DNA of 64,000 bases, taken from a phage. A program made the translations under genes and the position numbers. Each line of letters opens with the position of its first letter. Positions within the stretch are counted from its first letter, which is position 1. The notes beneath the pieces are model-generated. The model did not search any database. It was not told where the DNA came from and saw only the letters and a program-made list of their open reading frames with translations. Location: the sequence record PX441839.1; one strand, given 5' to 3'. Positions 8,899 through 18,445 of this stretch are shown here, one piece after another.

Positions 8899-9381
8899 AT
8901 GAGCACGAACGCATCTAAGATTATTACGTTTAATGCGTATGACCCAGAGAAAACTTTTCTCTACATGTTCGGTCAGAGAGTCAGCGGCTTCGCTGCTGAC
9001 ACCAAGATCGTCATCACCCGTAACAATGATAACATCATCCCCCATGTTGGTGTAGACGGAGAGATCAGTAACGCACTGGTACGTGACCGTTCTGGTGTGC
9101 TTACTGTTTCCTTACAGAACACTGCGCCGTGGAATGGTTATTTTGCACAATGGCAGAAACAGGCTGATGTGACAGGTCAGATTTATTTCCCTGTCCAGGT
9201 GGAAGGTTCACAGGGCCTGTCGATGAACACAATTGGGTGGATTCAGCGCCAACCTGACTTAACTTATGGTCAGGAAGTTGGGCAGATGGATTGGGAGATT
9301 GGTGTTCTTGACGCATGGCTGGCACCGGACAATATCCAAGGTGCTGCATTCGGACTCGCAGGTCTGATGGGCGTTATGTAA
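8899..9381 (+). CDS. putative tail tube protein
   Basis: 160 aa, directly downstream of the putative sheath and upstream of the chaperone; AGGAG RBS. Confidence 0.6.
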   Translation: MSTNASKIITFNAYDPEKTFLYMFGQRVSGFAADTKIVITRNNDNIIPHVGVDGEISNALVRDRSGVLTVSLQNTAPWNGYFAQWQKQADVTGQIYFPVQVEGSQGLSMNTIGWIQRQPDLTYGQEVGQMDWEIGVLDAWLAPDNIQGAAFGLAGLMGVM

Positions 9382-9457
9382 TAACTCGTGAGCCACAAGG
9401 ATGTGGCCTTTATTCACAGAAGGATTTAGCTACTTATCTGACACAGGAGTGTACACG

Positions 9458-9931
9458 ATGATTAAGTTTAAGAAGTCCACAGAGATTACTCTGTGTGGTG
9501 GAAAGAGATTTACAATTTATCACTGGTCGCCTAGCCAGGTTATCAGAAACATGCCGAAGATTGGGCGATTGGTTGCTGTACCTATGGGGACCATGGCAGG
9601 TTCTGCCCTCACTGGTGGGGAAAACTTCCAAGATGCTGTTCCAACAGCTATCCTCTACATCCTCGACCAAATTGAAGACGGCGGTGATGAGATTATTAAG
9701 CTGATGCTTGAAGGTGTCGAGGTTGACGGAATGGGCGGTCAAATCGATATTGACGAAGTGTTTGATGGTCATGTTAACGATCTGTTTACCCTGTTGCAGA
9801 AAGTCATTGAAGTGAACTACGGCTGTTTTTTCGGCCAGGGCGGTTTCGGGGCACTGACAGGACTGTTCCAAAAAATGGGACTGGTGAAGGCAGTGGAAGA
9901 ACTGGATCAGACTCTGGAAACGGAAGCCTGA
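9458..9931 (+). CDS. tail assembly chaperone (G-like)
   Basis: ATG 9458 with AGGAG 8 nt upstream (track ORF begins at 9401); immediately upstream of the tape measure gene; contains a slippery heptamer. Confidence 0.7.
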   Translation: MIKFKKSTEITLCGGKRFTIYHWSPSQVIRNMPKIGRLVAVPMGTMAGSALTGGENFQDAVPTAILYILDQIEDGGDEIIKLMLEGVEVDGMGGQIDIDEVFDGHVNDLFTLLQKVIEVNYGCFFGQGGFGALTGLFQKMGLVKAVEELDQTLETEA

Positions 9932-10197
9932 GACCGCTGAGTACGGTAGAGAAAGCAATAGAGTTCACGAGAAAGAACTCATCTCTTAAGTGGTTCGACT
10001 ACCTGTACCTTAGAGTTATGGAACGCTTCAACGTTGATGAGTTGTCAATAGAGTCTGGAGACATGGAGGACCTTCTCAAGAAGAATGAATATCTTGATAT
10101 GAAGGACTACATAGAGGAAGCGAACCATAAGGAGCAGGAAGAACAGCGGAAACGCGCTCAGGCCGAAGCCGACGCCCGTAGGCGAAGAGGCTGGTAA
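9458..10197 (+). CDS. tail assembly chaperone -1 frameshift fusion product (GT-like)
   Basis: The -1 frame is open from 9811 to a TAA at about 10195-10197; joined to the 0 frame at T_TTT_TTC 9826-9832; the extension is basic/acidic-rich and ends ...RKRAQAEADARRRRGW. Confidence 0.6.
9826..9832 (+). promoter_or_regulatory. -1 programmed ribosomal frameshift slippery site T_TTT_TTC
   Basis: X_XXY_YYZ heptamer in the 0 frame (codons TTT TTC) inside the window where the -1 frame is open. Confidence 0.6.
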
Positions 10198-10203
10198 AAC
10201 ATA

Positions 10204-10236
10204 GGCCACGGTCGAAAGACCCTGGCCTTTTTCTTT
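10204..10236 (+). terminator. terminator-like hairpin between chaperone and tape measure genes
   Basis: GGCCAcGGTC-GAAA-GACCcTGGCC imperfect hairpin followed by TTTTTCTTTTT. Confidence 0.4.
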
Positions 10237-10248
10237 TTGGAGGGTATA

Positions 10249-12726
10249 ATGGCTTCGAGCAACCAGATCGTAACTAAAACGGTCAACAGGACTACGTTTG
10301 AAGTTGATAAGGCTTCATATAATAGTACGATCAAGAAAATACGCAGCGTCAAGAAGGAATGGGAAAAGGCAGGTGAGCCTATCTCAAAACCTAAGAATGA
10401 CCCTGCAAAGCAGTACAGTAGATCTGCCGAACAGATCAAACTTGTGAATAAGCGTCTCATGGAGACCCGCAAGAGAGAAGAAGAACGTGCAGTTGCTCAT
10501 AGCCTTGCCCTCGCTAAGAAAGAGGCTCGTGCCAAAGAGCAGATTCAGAAGCAGTCTGCGGCTCGTATCCGTCAAACTATGAATCAGATGACTGCAAAGA
10601 ACCCGCAAGCCGCTGAAATGAGGAAGTTTTATCAGCAGCAGGAGAGGGAGGCCAAGAAAGCCAGTCGTCGTATGCAGAATACCTCTCCAACTCCACTTGG
10701 ACCAATGAATATTCAGCGTATGAACTCTGTTCAGCTTCCTCCTAGGGGTGGTGCTGGAACAGGTATGATTGGGAATCCTAACAAGCCATATTCTCCAGAG
10801 ACGATAGCCAGGCAGAACGCAGAAATGGCAAGAGCTATTCGTCAGCAATCCAAACAAAAAGATAAAGCTACAGCAGAGCAGACAAGAAAGGCAAGGATCG
10901 AAGCAAACAGGCAAGCACGTATTCAGGACGTGATGGCACAGCAAAGGATCAGACTGTCTAGCAAGTACGGAAGCACATACAACTCAACACTTGGAAGGGA
11001 TAGCGCTGGAAGAGGTATCCAAGACCTTAACAGACAGTTTAAATCCGGCGCTCTGTCGGCTGGACAGTATAGACAAAGCATACAAGCACTTGAACGCCAG
11101 TTTAGGGCATCTCAAGGTGCAGCAATGTCTTTCGGTAGTGTCTTGGAGAACGTCAGAACAGGACTTGTTAGTGTTGGTGCCGCATATGGGGTATTCAACT
11201 CTGGTGCCGCTGTTCTTCAACAAGGTCAGTTCTTCCAGGGGCTTGAGGCATCCATGCTTATGGTGTCTAACTCCTCAGAAGAGGCTGCGGGAAGAATACA
11301 GTTTGTCCGTGATGAGTCCTACAGATTAGGTCTTTCTCTTAAAGAAGCTTCTCAGGGATATACCCAGATGGCTATCGCGGGTAAAGAACTGATGAGCGGA
11401 GATCAGTTGAACAGTTTGTTCTCTGCGTACTCTGAATACTCAACAGCCTTGCAAGTTGACCCTGTAAGATTCCAGCGCGGTATCATGGCTATCCAGCAGA
11501 TGATGGGTAAAGGCCAGGTAATGGCGGAAGAATTGAAGGGGCAGTTGTCAGAAGCAATACCTGGTTCACTGGACATCTTTGTTAAGGCGGCACAGGAGGC
11601 ATTTAACGATACCTCTATAGATACTGCCAAATTCATGAAGATGATGGAAAAAGGTGAAATCACGGCTAAAAAGCTTATGCCTCTGATCGGCAAGTATTTC
11701 AGCGAAGCAGCTAACCGTGGTGGTGCTCTGGAGAAAGCCTTGCAGGGGAACCGTGTTGCTATGCAGCGTATGCAGCAGTCATGGGTTAACATGCAGAACG
11801 CTATCTTCATGGGTGGATTCGGCGATGCAATGACTAAGATATTCAACGACCTCTCTCGTCTCATGGAAACAAACATGGACACTGCAAAGAGTTTCGGTGA
11901 AATACTCGGTCAATTAATCACTGGTGCCTGGGATGCCGCAACCGCAGTATACAACGCATTCGTGTTCATGGGCAGGGCAATTGAATACTTTGCGGAGAAG
12001 CTGGGTTACGAGGGCGACATACTCTCTGAAATGTTCGACTGGGCAGCGTATGTTGCAGGTGTCGGTCTGTTTATCATGGCCCTTAAGAAGGTGTACGGGA
12101 TTGTCTCATCAATCGCGGGACTGAGAGGAGCATTAGGCGGAGTCCGAGACGCATTGGGCGGAGACTTGGCGTCGGGAGGCAGAGCAGGAGGTCCAAATAC
12201 CGGAGGAAGAGGAGGAAGTCCTTGGGGAAGACCTTCTGGAGGCAGCGGAGGAGGCTGGCTTGGTAAGATCGGGGGAGGTCTAAAAGGACTTGGTGGATTT
12301 GCTCTGAGAAGAAACCCATATGTTACCGCAGCGATGATCGTCGGTGGTGAACAGCTTCTCAGTGAGGAGGGCCAGGCCAGAGGAAAGGCAATAGCTGATG
12401 CTATGGCACCGTCAAGGGATCTTCAAAACCCACTTGCGGCTGCAACTGGCGGTGACATGTCAACTCTTATGGCCCTAGCGTGGAACAGCTTGTCAGGTGG
12501 AGGATCTAAACCATCTCCTAACATAGACCCAGACAGGTTAGCGCAGAACGCTGTAGTTCAGACTAACCCGTTCCCATACCCACTCCCGCTTGCGGCACAG
12601 CAACAGCAAGAAGGTAAGATTACGGTTGAAATCAAGGCTGGTGATCTTAAGCAGTATATTCGTGCGGTTGTTGATGAGAATAACATGATGAACTTTAACT
12701 TGTTAACTCAAGGTGGTCAAGGATAA
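10249..12726 (+). CDS. tail tape measure protein
   Basis: About 825 aa from ATG 10249 (GGAGGG RBS; track begins at TTG 10237); N-terminal K/E/R/Q-rich helical region, Gly-rich segment; directly after the frameshifted chaperone. Confidence 0.85.
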   Translation: MASSNQIVTKTVNRTTFEVDKASYNSTIKKIRSVKKEWEKAGEPISKPKNDPAKQYSRSAEQIKLVNKRLMETRKREEERAVAHSLALAKKEARAKEQIQKQSAARIRQTMNQMTAKNPQAAEMRKFYQQQEREAKKASRRMQNTSPTPLGPMNIQRMNSVQLPPRGGAGTGMIGNPNKPYSPETIARQNAEMARAIRQQSKQKDKATAEQTRKARIEANRQARIQDVMAQQRIRLSSKYGSTYNSTLGRDSAGRGIQDLNRQFKSGALSAGQYRQSIQALERQFRASQGAAMSFGSVLENVRTGLVSVGAAYGVFNSGAAVLQQGQFFQGLEASMLMVSNSSEEAAGRIQFVRDESYRLGLSLKEASQGYTQMAIAGKELMSGDQLNSLFSAYSEYSTALQVDPVRFQRGIMAIQQMMGKGQVMAEELKGQLSEAIPGSLDIFVKAAQEAFNDTSIDTAKFMKMMEKGEITAKKLMPLIGKYFSEAANRGGALEKALQGNRVAMQRMQQSWVNMQNAIFMGGFGDAMTKIFNDLSRLMETNMDTAKSFGEILGQLITGAWDAATAVYNAFVFMGRAIEYFAEKLGYEGDILSEMFDWAAYVAGVGLFIMALKKVYGIVSSIAGLRGALGGVRDALGGDLASGGRAGGPNTGGRGGSPWGRPSGGSGGGWLGKIGGGLKGLGGFALRRNPYVTAAMIVGGEQLLSEEGQARGKAIADAMAPSRDLQNPLAAATGGDMSTLMALAWNSLSGGGSKPSPNIDPDRLAQNAVVQTNPFPYPLPLAAQQQQEGKITVEIKAGDLKQYIRAVVDENNMMNFNLLTQGGQG

Positions 12727-12729
12727 CAA

Positions 12730-12751
12730 GGGGGCTTCGGCCCCCTTTTTT
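12730..12751 (+). terminator. rho-independent terminator
   Basis: GGGGGC-TTCG-GCCCCC hairpin followed by TTTTTT. Confidence 0.7.
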
Positions 12752-12759
12752 ATTGGTCG

Positions 12760-12776
12760 GCTTCATGGTAAAATAC
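12760..12776 (+). promoter_or_regulatory. putative extended -10 promoter element (TGgTAAAAT)
   Basis: Same TGnTAAAAT motif as at 5854-5862, about 20 nt upstream of the 12794 gene. Confidence 0.35.
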
Positions 12777-12793
12777 CACAATAGGAGGGTATT

Positions 12794-13675
12794 ATGCAAC
12801 CAGGAACTTACAAGATGGGGACTTATTCTCCAGAGCAGATTGCTGCTATTGACAAGGCTTACAAAGAGGGTCAGGCAGAGGAAGCAAGAAAGAAGCAAGC
12901 TGTTGACGTACAGAAATCCAAAGAGGGTGTCAGGTACACAATATTTGCATCGGGATTAAGGAATGGACGGTTCAGTGAGCTAGAGGGGAAGAACTCTACC
13001 ACAGATATCGCAATTATTTTCGACGCTGTTGAAAACCACACCTACGGAAAGTCTTACAATAAGACAAGTTATGCAGTAGAATCCAGAGTAAAGGCTTCTG
13101 ATCATGTGGTAACTCAGGATGGGACTTTCTCTTTTACGGGAAGGATAACTTCCAGCCCATATTTCATTGATAACCGTAATATAATTGATGTGGATACGGA
13201 TTGGGAACACCCAATGGAGGCCAAGAGGCCAGAAAAGGCCCTTGAAATACTTCAAAGGGTTGCCGACTCTCATCAACTTATTTCCTTGGTCACTGAGGAT
13301 AATATTTTATCTGGCTATGTGATAACAAGGTTCACAGTAACAAGAACAACAAGCGAAGGTGCAGCCATTGTTGTCAGTGTGGAACTTGAAGAGTTTAGAT
13401 TTAAGCAGGTTGGGAGAACTGTTCTTGCCAGAACCGCAGATCCTAAGAAGGCAGGAAATAAAAACTCAGGATCTAAACAGACAGCCGCAGGTGGTGCTGC
13501 TGACGATGCAGCAAAAGGAAAAAGGCAATCACCTTACTTAGGTGGTTCAAGGGAAGCCTATGAGTACATGGAGAATAAGGGATTTGGCACAACAGACTTC
13601 TCGGGCAAAGCTGGGGCACAAATAAAACCAACCGTTAAGTTTGACCCAGCTTCCCTTCAAAGACCGGGGGCATAA
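12794..13675 (+). CDS. hypothetical tail/baseplate protein
   Basis: 293 aa, first gene after the tape measure; AGGAGGG RBS. Confidence 0.55.
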   Translation: MQPGTYKMGTYSPEQIAAIDKAYKEGQAEEARKKQAVDVQKSKEGVRYTIFASGLRNGRFSELEGKNSTTDIAIIFDAVENHTYGKSYNKTSYAVESRVKASDHVVTQDGTFSFTGRITSSPYFIDNRNIIDVDTDWEHPMEAKRPEKALEILQRVADSHQLISLVTEDNILSGYVITRFTVTRTTSEGAAIVVSVELEEFRFKQVGRTVLARTADPKKAGNKNSGSKQTAAGGAADDAAKGKRQSPYLGGSREAYEYMENKGFGTTDFSGKAGAQIKPTVKFDPASLQRPGA

Positions 13676-14031
13676 TGGCAGATTTTACTCGCACATACGA
13701 TTTCGAACTTGATGGCTACCCTGATCAGAGTTTCAGGGTTGTTTTAGACTCCGCAACCTACGAAGTTAGATTTATCTGGAACGAGAGGGACGAGTCTTGG
13801 CTTTTTGCGATGGGTGACGTTGGGGCTGCGCCAACATTCACCTGTAAGTTAACCTGTTTTGTTGATCTGCTTGCACCATACAGGTACAAGGATAACGTCC
13901 CTAGGGGAAACCTTTACCTATTCCCTTCCCGAGATGTTAGGGAAAGAGCAGGGAGATATAATATTGGTCCTATTTCTGGCGTAGAGATGGCATATGCTTC
14001 AAGAAATGAGGATATTGAGGAGATTGAATAA
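13675..14031 (+). CDS. hypothetical tail/baseplate protein
   Basis: 118 aa; start overlaps the previous stop (TAATG). Confidence 0.5.
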   Translation: MADFTRTYDFELDGYPDQSFRVVLDSATYEVRFIWNERDESWLFAMGDVGAAPTFTCKLTCFVDLLAPYRYKDNVPRGNLYLFPSRDVRERAGRYNIGPISGVEMAYASRNEDIEEIE

Positions 14032-15000
14032 ATGAGAGCGATGGAGAGGACATATACACTGGTTGTTGGTAGGCCAGTATATATCGGAGAGAAGCCTGTC
14101 AACATTGAAAAATATGTCAATACAAATACAGGCGATGCCTATAAGATTACAGACCTCCATATTGAATTTGAGGTTAAGAAGGACAACTCCAAGGAACCAA
14201 ACAAGGGGTATATTACTGTTTACAACTTGTCAGATGAGATGGTAAACTACCTAGATCAGAACCAAAGGGAATCCCTTGCAGTGATGCTCCATGCAGGATA
14301 CAATGGAGATGAGAAGTTAATATTCTCAGGGACTGTTGAGTATGTTCAGGACAGATTTGATGATGAGACAAGAGAGACCAAAATGATACTTGGTGACGCA
14401 ACCCTTAATCTCATGACGGCTCAAACTGCAAGGTCTTACCGTAAAGGGACTAACCTGAATGTTGTTCTTAATGACCTTATTTCTGATCTTAAGTTGCCGA
14501 AGGGGAGGGTTGTAAATTTCTCCGGTCAAACACTTCAACACTCTATGGCATTCTCTGGCACCGCATCACAAAACCTAGAAAATCTGGCGAGAAACACAGG
14601 ATCTACCTTCTCTGTACAAGATGGGGCGGTATACTGGACAAGAGAGGGTTCCAGATTTGAAAGCACGATGTTTGAGATATCCGAAGATGGCGGGATGGTT
14701 GGATCGCCAACACCAAAAAACCCCAAAACGGGCAAAAGAAGATTGGCACAAAGATCTGGAAAAGAGACCGTTGCCGATGCAAGTGAGAAGAAAAAGGCAG
14801 AGGTTAAGGAAGATGCTGGCCTATCTGTGACCACGCTCCTAAACGGAGCTATTCTCCCTGAGTCAACAATATACCTCAAGAGTAGAAGGTACACAGGGTT
14901 TTATAAGGTGGTGTCTTTGAGACATAGGGGTGGTTTTGAGTCAGGAGATTGGATCACTGAAATGGATCTTTCAGAAACCCGTGGGGAATTAATTAAGTAA
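14032..15000 (+). CDS. hypothetical tail/baseplate protein
   Basis: 322 aa; ATG immediately after the previous TAA; position in the baseplate module. Confidence 0.55.
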   Translation: MRAMERTYTLVVGRPVYIGEKPVNIEKYVNTNTGDAYKITDLHIEFEVKKDNSKEPNKGYITVYNLSDEMVNYLDQNQRESLAVMLHAGYNGDEKLIFSGTVEYVQDRFDDETRETKMILGDATLNLMTAQTARSYRKGTNLNVVLNDLISDLKLPKGRVVNFSGQTLQHSMAFSGTASQNLENLARNTGSTFSVQDGAVYWTREGSRFESTMFEISEDGGMVGSPTPKNPKTGKRRLAQRSGKETVADASEKKKAEVKEDAGLSVTTLLNGAILPESTIYLKSRRYTGFYKVVSLRHRGGFESGDWITEMDLSETRGELIK

Positions 15001-15009
15001 GGTTACTTT

Positions 15010-15657
15010 ATGGCTTCCGTAGATCGTTATGATGCTGCATATAATGTGTTTATCAGCAGGTATGTTAGAAACAACCTTCATACAAACATACGTGGAAAGG
15101 TTGTTGGGGTAGATTACAGTGGACCATCAGTAGATGTTCAACCAATGACCTATACCCAATTCCCATCAGGGACAAAAGATTCCTATCCTGTTATTTATGA
15201 TGTCCCCATTCTCCTTCCTTCTGGGGCAAATGGAAAGGCCAGGTTGACAATGCCTATCAAAGTTGGGGATATAGTTGGCCTGTCGTTTTCAGAGAGAAAC
15301 GAGAGCGATGTCATGGATATGAACACCCACCAGCTATTCCCAGGTTGGGCAGTGACTCAAATATTCACAGACGGGAACAGGAAACCAATAGACCCTGATA
15401 ACGTTGTCCTTGAGAACGATAAGTCGATTATGACCTATAAGCCAGATGGGACTATGACATTCAAAAACCCTTCTGTCAACATCGAGGCAAAACCAAACGG
15501 CCAGGTCTTTGTGAATGGCTGTGAGATAACCCCTGACGGAAACGTGATAACCAGGGCTGGTGTGAACCTTAATGAATTTTGGCAGAAATATGTATCTCAC
15601 GTCCACCCAGGTGTCCAATCAGGCGGGTCTTCAACTCAGCCAACAACACAAGTTTAA
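15010..15657 (+). CDS. putative baseplate protein
   Basis: 215 aa; assigned by position only. Confidence 0.5.
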   Translation: MASVDRYDAAYNVFISRYVRNNLHTNIRGKVVGVDYSGPSVDVQPMTYTQFPSGTKDSYPVIYDVPILLPSGANGKARLTMPIKVGDIVGLSFSERNESDVMDMNTHQLFPGWAVTQIFTDGNRKPIDPDNVVLENDKSIMTYKPDGTMTFKNPSVNIEAKPNGQVFVNGCEITPDGNVITRAGVNLNEFWQKYVSHVHPGVQSGGSSTQPTTQV

Positions 15658-15666
15658 GGAGATTAT

Positions 15667-16191
15667 GTGGCTACAAATTTCGTCGATTTTGCTCTGGACC
15701 CTTTGACAGGGGATCTTGATTTCTCAGGACAGGCTATCAACCTAATTGAGTCCAATCAGTTGTCCCTGAGGCAGAGGCTGTACCTCAGGTTTGCGGTATG
15801 GGCAGGAGATTGGTGGTTTGATGAAACTTTCGGATTTCCATATAGAGCCTTTATTTCGAAAAAGACCATCAAATCAGTTCTTGACGGCAGAATAAAATCT
15901 GAGGTGAGAATGGAACCTGATGTCATGGAGATATCTGAGTTCCGGTCTGAGATGGACGTTGTCAACAGGACATATCAATGTTTCTTCACTGTCGTTACCC
16001 AAGAAGGTATTGAGGTGAATATGGCCTTTATGGGCCAAGACAACTTCGAATACCCAACACCTCCAGAAAGTAACGTATCTCTGTGTGGTGATGAGGGAGT
16101 TGTAATCCAGTTCAAGAATAAACTGTACTACTTAATAAACTTCCGTTTACCATCCTATGGTGATGCCACTTGGGTAAATACTTGGAAATAA
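15667..16191 (+). CDS. putative baseplate protein (gpW/gp25-like)
   Basis: 174 aa; GTG start with AAGGAG 6 nt upstream; N-terminal FALD...GDLDFSGQ resembles small baseplate wedge proteins (from memory). Confidence 0.5.
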   Translation: MATNFVDFALDPLTGDLDFSGQAINLIESNQLSLRQRLYLRFAVWAGDWWFDETFGFPYRAFISKKTIKSVLDGRIKSEVRMEPDVMEISEFRSEMDVVNRTYQCFFTVVTQEGIEVNMAFMGQDNFEYPTPPESNVSLCGDEGVVIQFKNKLYYLINFRLPSYGDATWVNTWK

Positions 16192-16198
16192 TAATAAA

Positions 16199-16224
16199 GG
16201 GAGCTTCGGCTCCCTTTTCTTTTA
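16199..16224 (+). terminator. rho-independent terminator
   Basis: GGGAGC-TTCG-GCTCCC hairpin followed by TTTTCTTTT. Confidence 0.7.
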
Positions 16225-16225
16225 A

Positions 16226-16250
16226 TTCGTATCTGAATATGATAAAATAC
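16226..16250 (+). promoter_or_regulatory. putative extended -10 promoter element (TGaTAAAAT)
   Basis: TGnTAAAAT motif between the terminator and the 16286 gene. Confidence 0.4.
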
Positions 16251-16285
16251 GACTATCGCCTAATTTAGGAGCACAGGAGGAGACT

Positions 16286-17773
16286 ATGGCTTCCAATTAC
16301 GGCTTGACAAGCAGCGGATTCAACCTCCCGGCTCTTGATGACCTGACGGAGGAAACCAAGAAGGCTTTCCGCCAGGCTTTCGGAGAAAACTTCAATACCG
16401 GAAGTAACTCAGTTGCTGACAAGCTGATCTACATTCTCAACGAGAGAGAATATCAACTTTATCTTTTAATGGCCTCTGTTTATTCTGCTCAAACAATGCA
16501 GGGTGCCGAGGGAATCTATCTTGACGATTTGCTGGGTAAAAGAGGTATTTACCGCTTAGGCAAAACAAGAAGTACCGGGACAGCAGTTCTTACTGTTGAC
16601 GCTTCCGTTCCCTACAATATGATCTATAACGCTTCCAGTTACAGCATTGACGGTGGAAACTACGAACTGGCAACTGATGTTCAAGTAGCAGGGAACATCA
16701 TAGCACAGGTGATCAGAGGAACTGATCTGGTTGTTGGTAATTATAGATTAACAATTCAAAACGTCAATGATCAATCTCAAAGGACAGTGACCCACAACCT
16801 CACCGCAACGAGCGGTGCCCCTCTGACAGTTTTCTTTAACGTCATAAAAGATTTCATTGTCACAAACACCATTTTGTCCAACCAAGACCGAATTGTCATT
16901 GATTCGGTAGAGGGTGCCATCTACATTGGATACAACACCAGCAAGGAGATGATTGGACTTTCAAGCCGTGTTGATTTCAGAACATCACCGCTGGCAGGGA
17001 ATAAGACAATCCTTATTGATGTAAGATCGGTAGAGCCAGGTGCAATATCACGAGAGGCACACAGTATTAGGTCGATCTCTCCAACCCCTAGTGGTTTTGT
17101 TGCTATAGATAACCTGAGTGCATTTACCGATGGTTCAGACGTAGAGTCAGATAACGAGTACAAGCTTCGTGGGGCCATGTCCGTTAACTCAGGGAAGGCA
17201 ACCCGACCTGCTATCCTCTCTGCCCTTTTGAACGGAGTGGAAGGGATAGAGAAGGTTCGCATATTCAACAACAATACGGATAAGACTAACGCACTAGGTA
17301 TCCCACCTTATCGCTTTCAGGTTGTTGTTTATGGTGGCACAACAGAACAGATCAGTCAAGTCCTTTATGATACGATAGCGGCATCTAATAATACCTTTGG
17401 TACAACTTTCCACGACATCACTACAGAGGATGACCAGGTGGAAAGAATATGGCACACAAAGGCATCAGAAAGAAGGTTAGCTATTCGAGTACGCTACAGA
17501 GGACGACCGTTGTCTATGACTGAGGAGACAGCCATTGCAAACGGGTTGGTCACGATAGTTAACGGATCTAATATCGCAGACACGATCTACAACGTTCAGT
17601 TGGTAGGTACAGTAATGAGTTCCACAACACCGGGTAGATTCACCCAAGTGTTTGTAGATATTAAGAATAAAGGGGCACCTGATTCGGAATTTGTAAACTC
17701 TGACATAACAGCAGGTGTTACCGAGGTATTCAACCTTGAACCGGAAGATGTCCAGTTCAGCCAAGTTGTGTAA
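16286..17773 (+). CDS. putative baseplate J-like protein
   Basis: 495 aa; GGAGGAG RBS; size and position after the gpW-like gene match the P2/PBSX-type order. Confidence 0.6.
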   Translation: MASNYGLTSSGFNLPALDDLTEETKKAFRQAFGENFNTGSNSVADKLIYILNEREYQLYLLMASVYSAQTMQGAEGIYLDDLLGKRGIYRLGKTRSTGTAVLTVDASVPYNMIYNASSYSIDGGNYELATDVQVAGNIIAQVIRGTDLVVGNYRLTIQNVNDQSQRTVTHNLTATSGAPLTVFFNVIKDFIVTNTILSNQDRIVIDSVEGAIYIGYNTSKEMIGLSSRVDFRTSPLAGNKTILIDVRSVEPGAISREAHSIRSISPTPSGFVAIDNLSAFTDGSDVESDNEYKLRGAMSVNSGKATRPAILSALLNGVEGIEKVRIFNNNTDKTNALGIPPYRFQVVVYGGTTEQISQVLYDTIAASNNTFGTTFHDITTEDDQVERIWHTKASERRLAIRVRYRGRPLSMTEETAIANGLVTIVNGSNIADTIYNVQLVGTVMSSTTPGRFTQVFVDIKNKGAPDSEFVNSDITAGVTEVFNLEPEDVQFSQVV

Positions 17774-17781
17774 GGTGAATT

Positions 17782-18432
17782 ATGGCAGAAGAAGTAGATA
17801 ACGTCACGGTGAAAGACGTTAACCACATCCACCCTCTGCCCAATTTCGTCCAAGAGGGTATAGATTACATACCCTCTAATCTTTTCGAAGGAAAAGAAAA
17901 CTTCCTTAAAACATTGACCATCTTTCTTGAAAGGCTGGAGAGCATAGATAAGAAGATGGTTGAGATGGCAGAAATGAGGACGATCCTCAATGCCGAAGGG
18001 GAGAACCTGGATGAGATAGGCAGACAACTGGGGATCTTTAGAAACGGCCTCAACGACCCTGAGTACAGGGCAGTTATCATGATTCTTACAGGTAACAACT
18101 CTAAGAGTGGGACCAGAGCCGATATTATTGCAACTTTGAAGCAACTATTCGGTGATGAGGGCGTTACAACATACAAGGGTCATAATTACAGGCTGGATAT
18201 AAATATATTCAACACCTGTATGGAAGTCACTGACATACTTCCGCAAATATTGGATATGTTGCCCCTTGTCACCCACCTCCGAGTTGTAGAAAACAACGGA
18301 TATCCTTTTGGGTTTGAGGGCGACAACCAATCTTTTGGTTGGTCGTCAGTTTGGGATGAAAGGCCAACAGGCGCGGGTGGAATGGCATCACTGATCTATG
18401 TGTCCGATGATGAAGACCCTTTCTTTTCTTGA
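17782..18432 (+). CDS. putative baseplate/tail protein (gpI-like position)
   Basis: 216 aa, between the J-like gene and the tail fiber gene. Confidence 0.5.
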   Translation: MAEEVDNVTVKDVNHIHPLPNFVQEGIDYIPSNLFEGKENFLKTLTIFLERLESIDKKMVEMAEMRTILNAEGENLDEIGRQLGIFRNGLNDPEYRAVIMILTGNNSKSGTRADIIATLKQLFGDEGVTTYKGHNYRLDINIFNTCMEVTDILPQILDMLPLVTHLRVVENNGYPFGFEGDNQSFGWSSVWDERPTGAGGMASLIYVSDDEDPFFS

Positions 18433-18445
18433 GGAGATTTTATAA

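Noticed and set aside
9868-9877. CC_AAA_AAA_T as an alternative frameshift site in the chaperone gene
   Set aside because: Relative to the 0-frame codons (CAA AAA ATG) it does not form an X_XXY_YYZ heptamer; T_TTT_TTC at 9826-9832 does.
10237-10248. TTG start at 10237 for the tape measure gene (MEGIM...)
   Set aside because: The GGAGGG ribosome binding site lies inside those codons; ATG 10249 with 5-nt spacing is the more plausible start.
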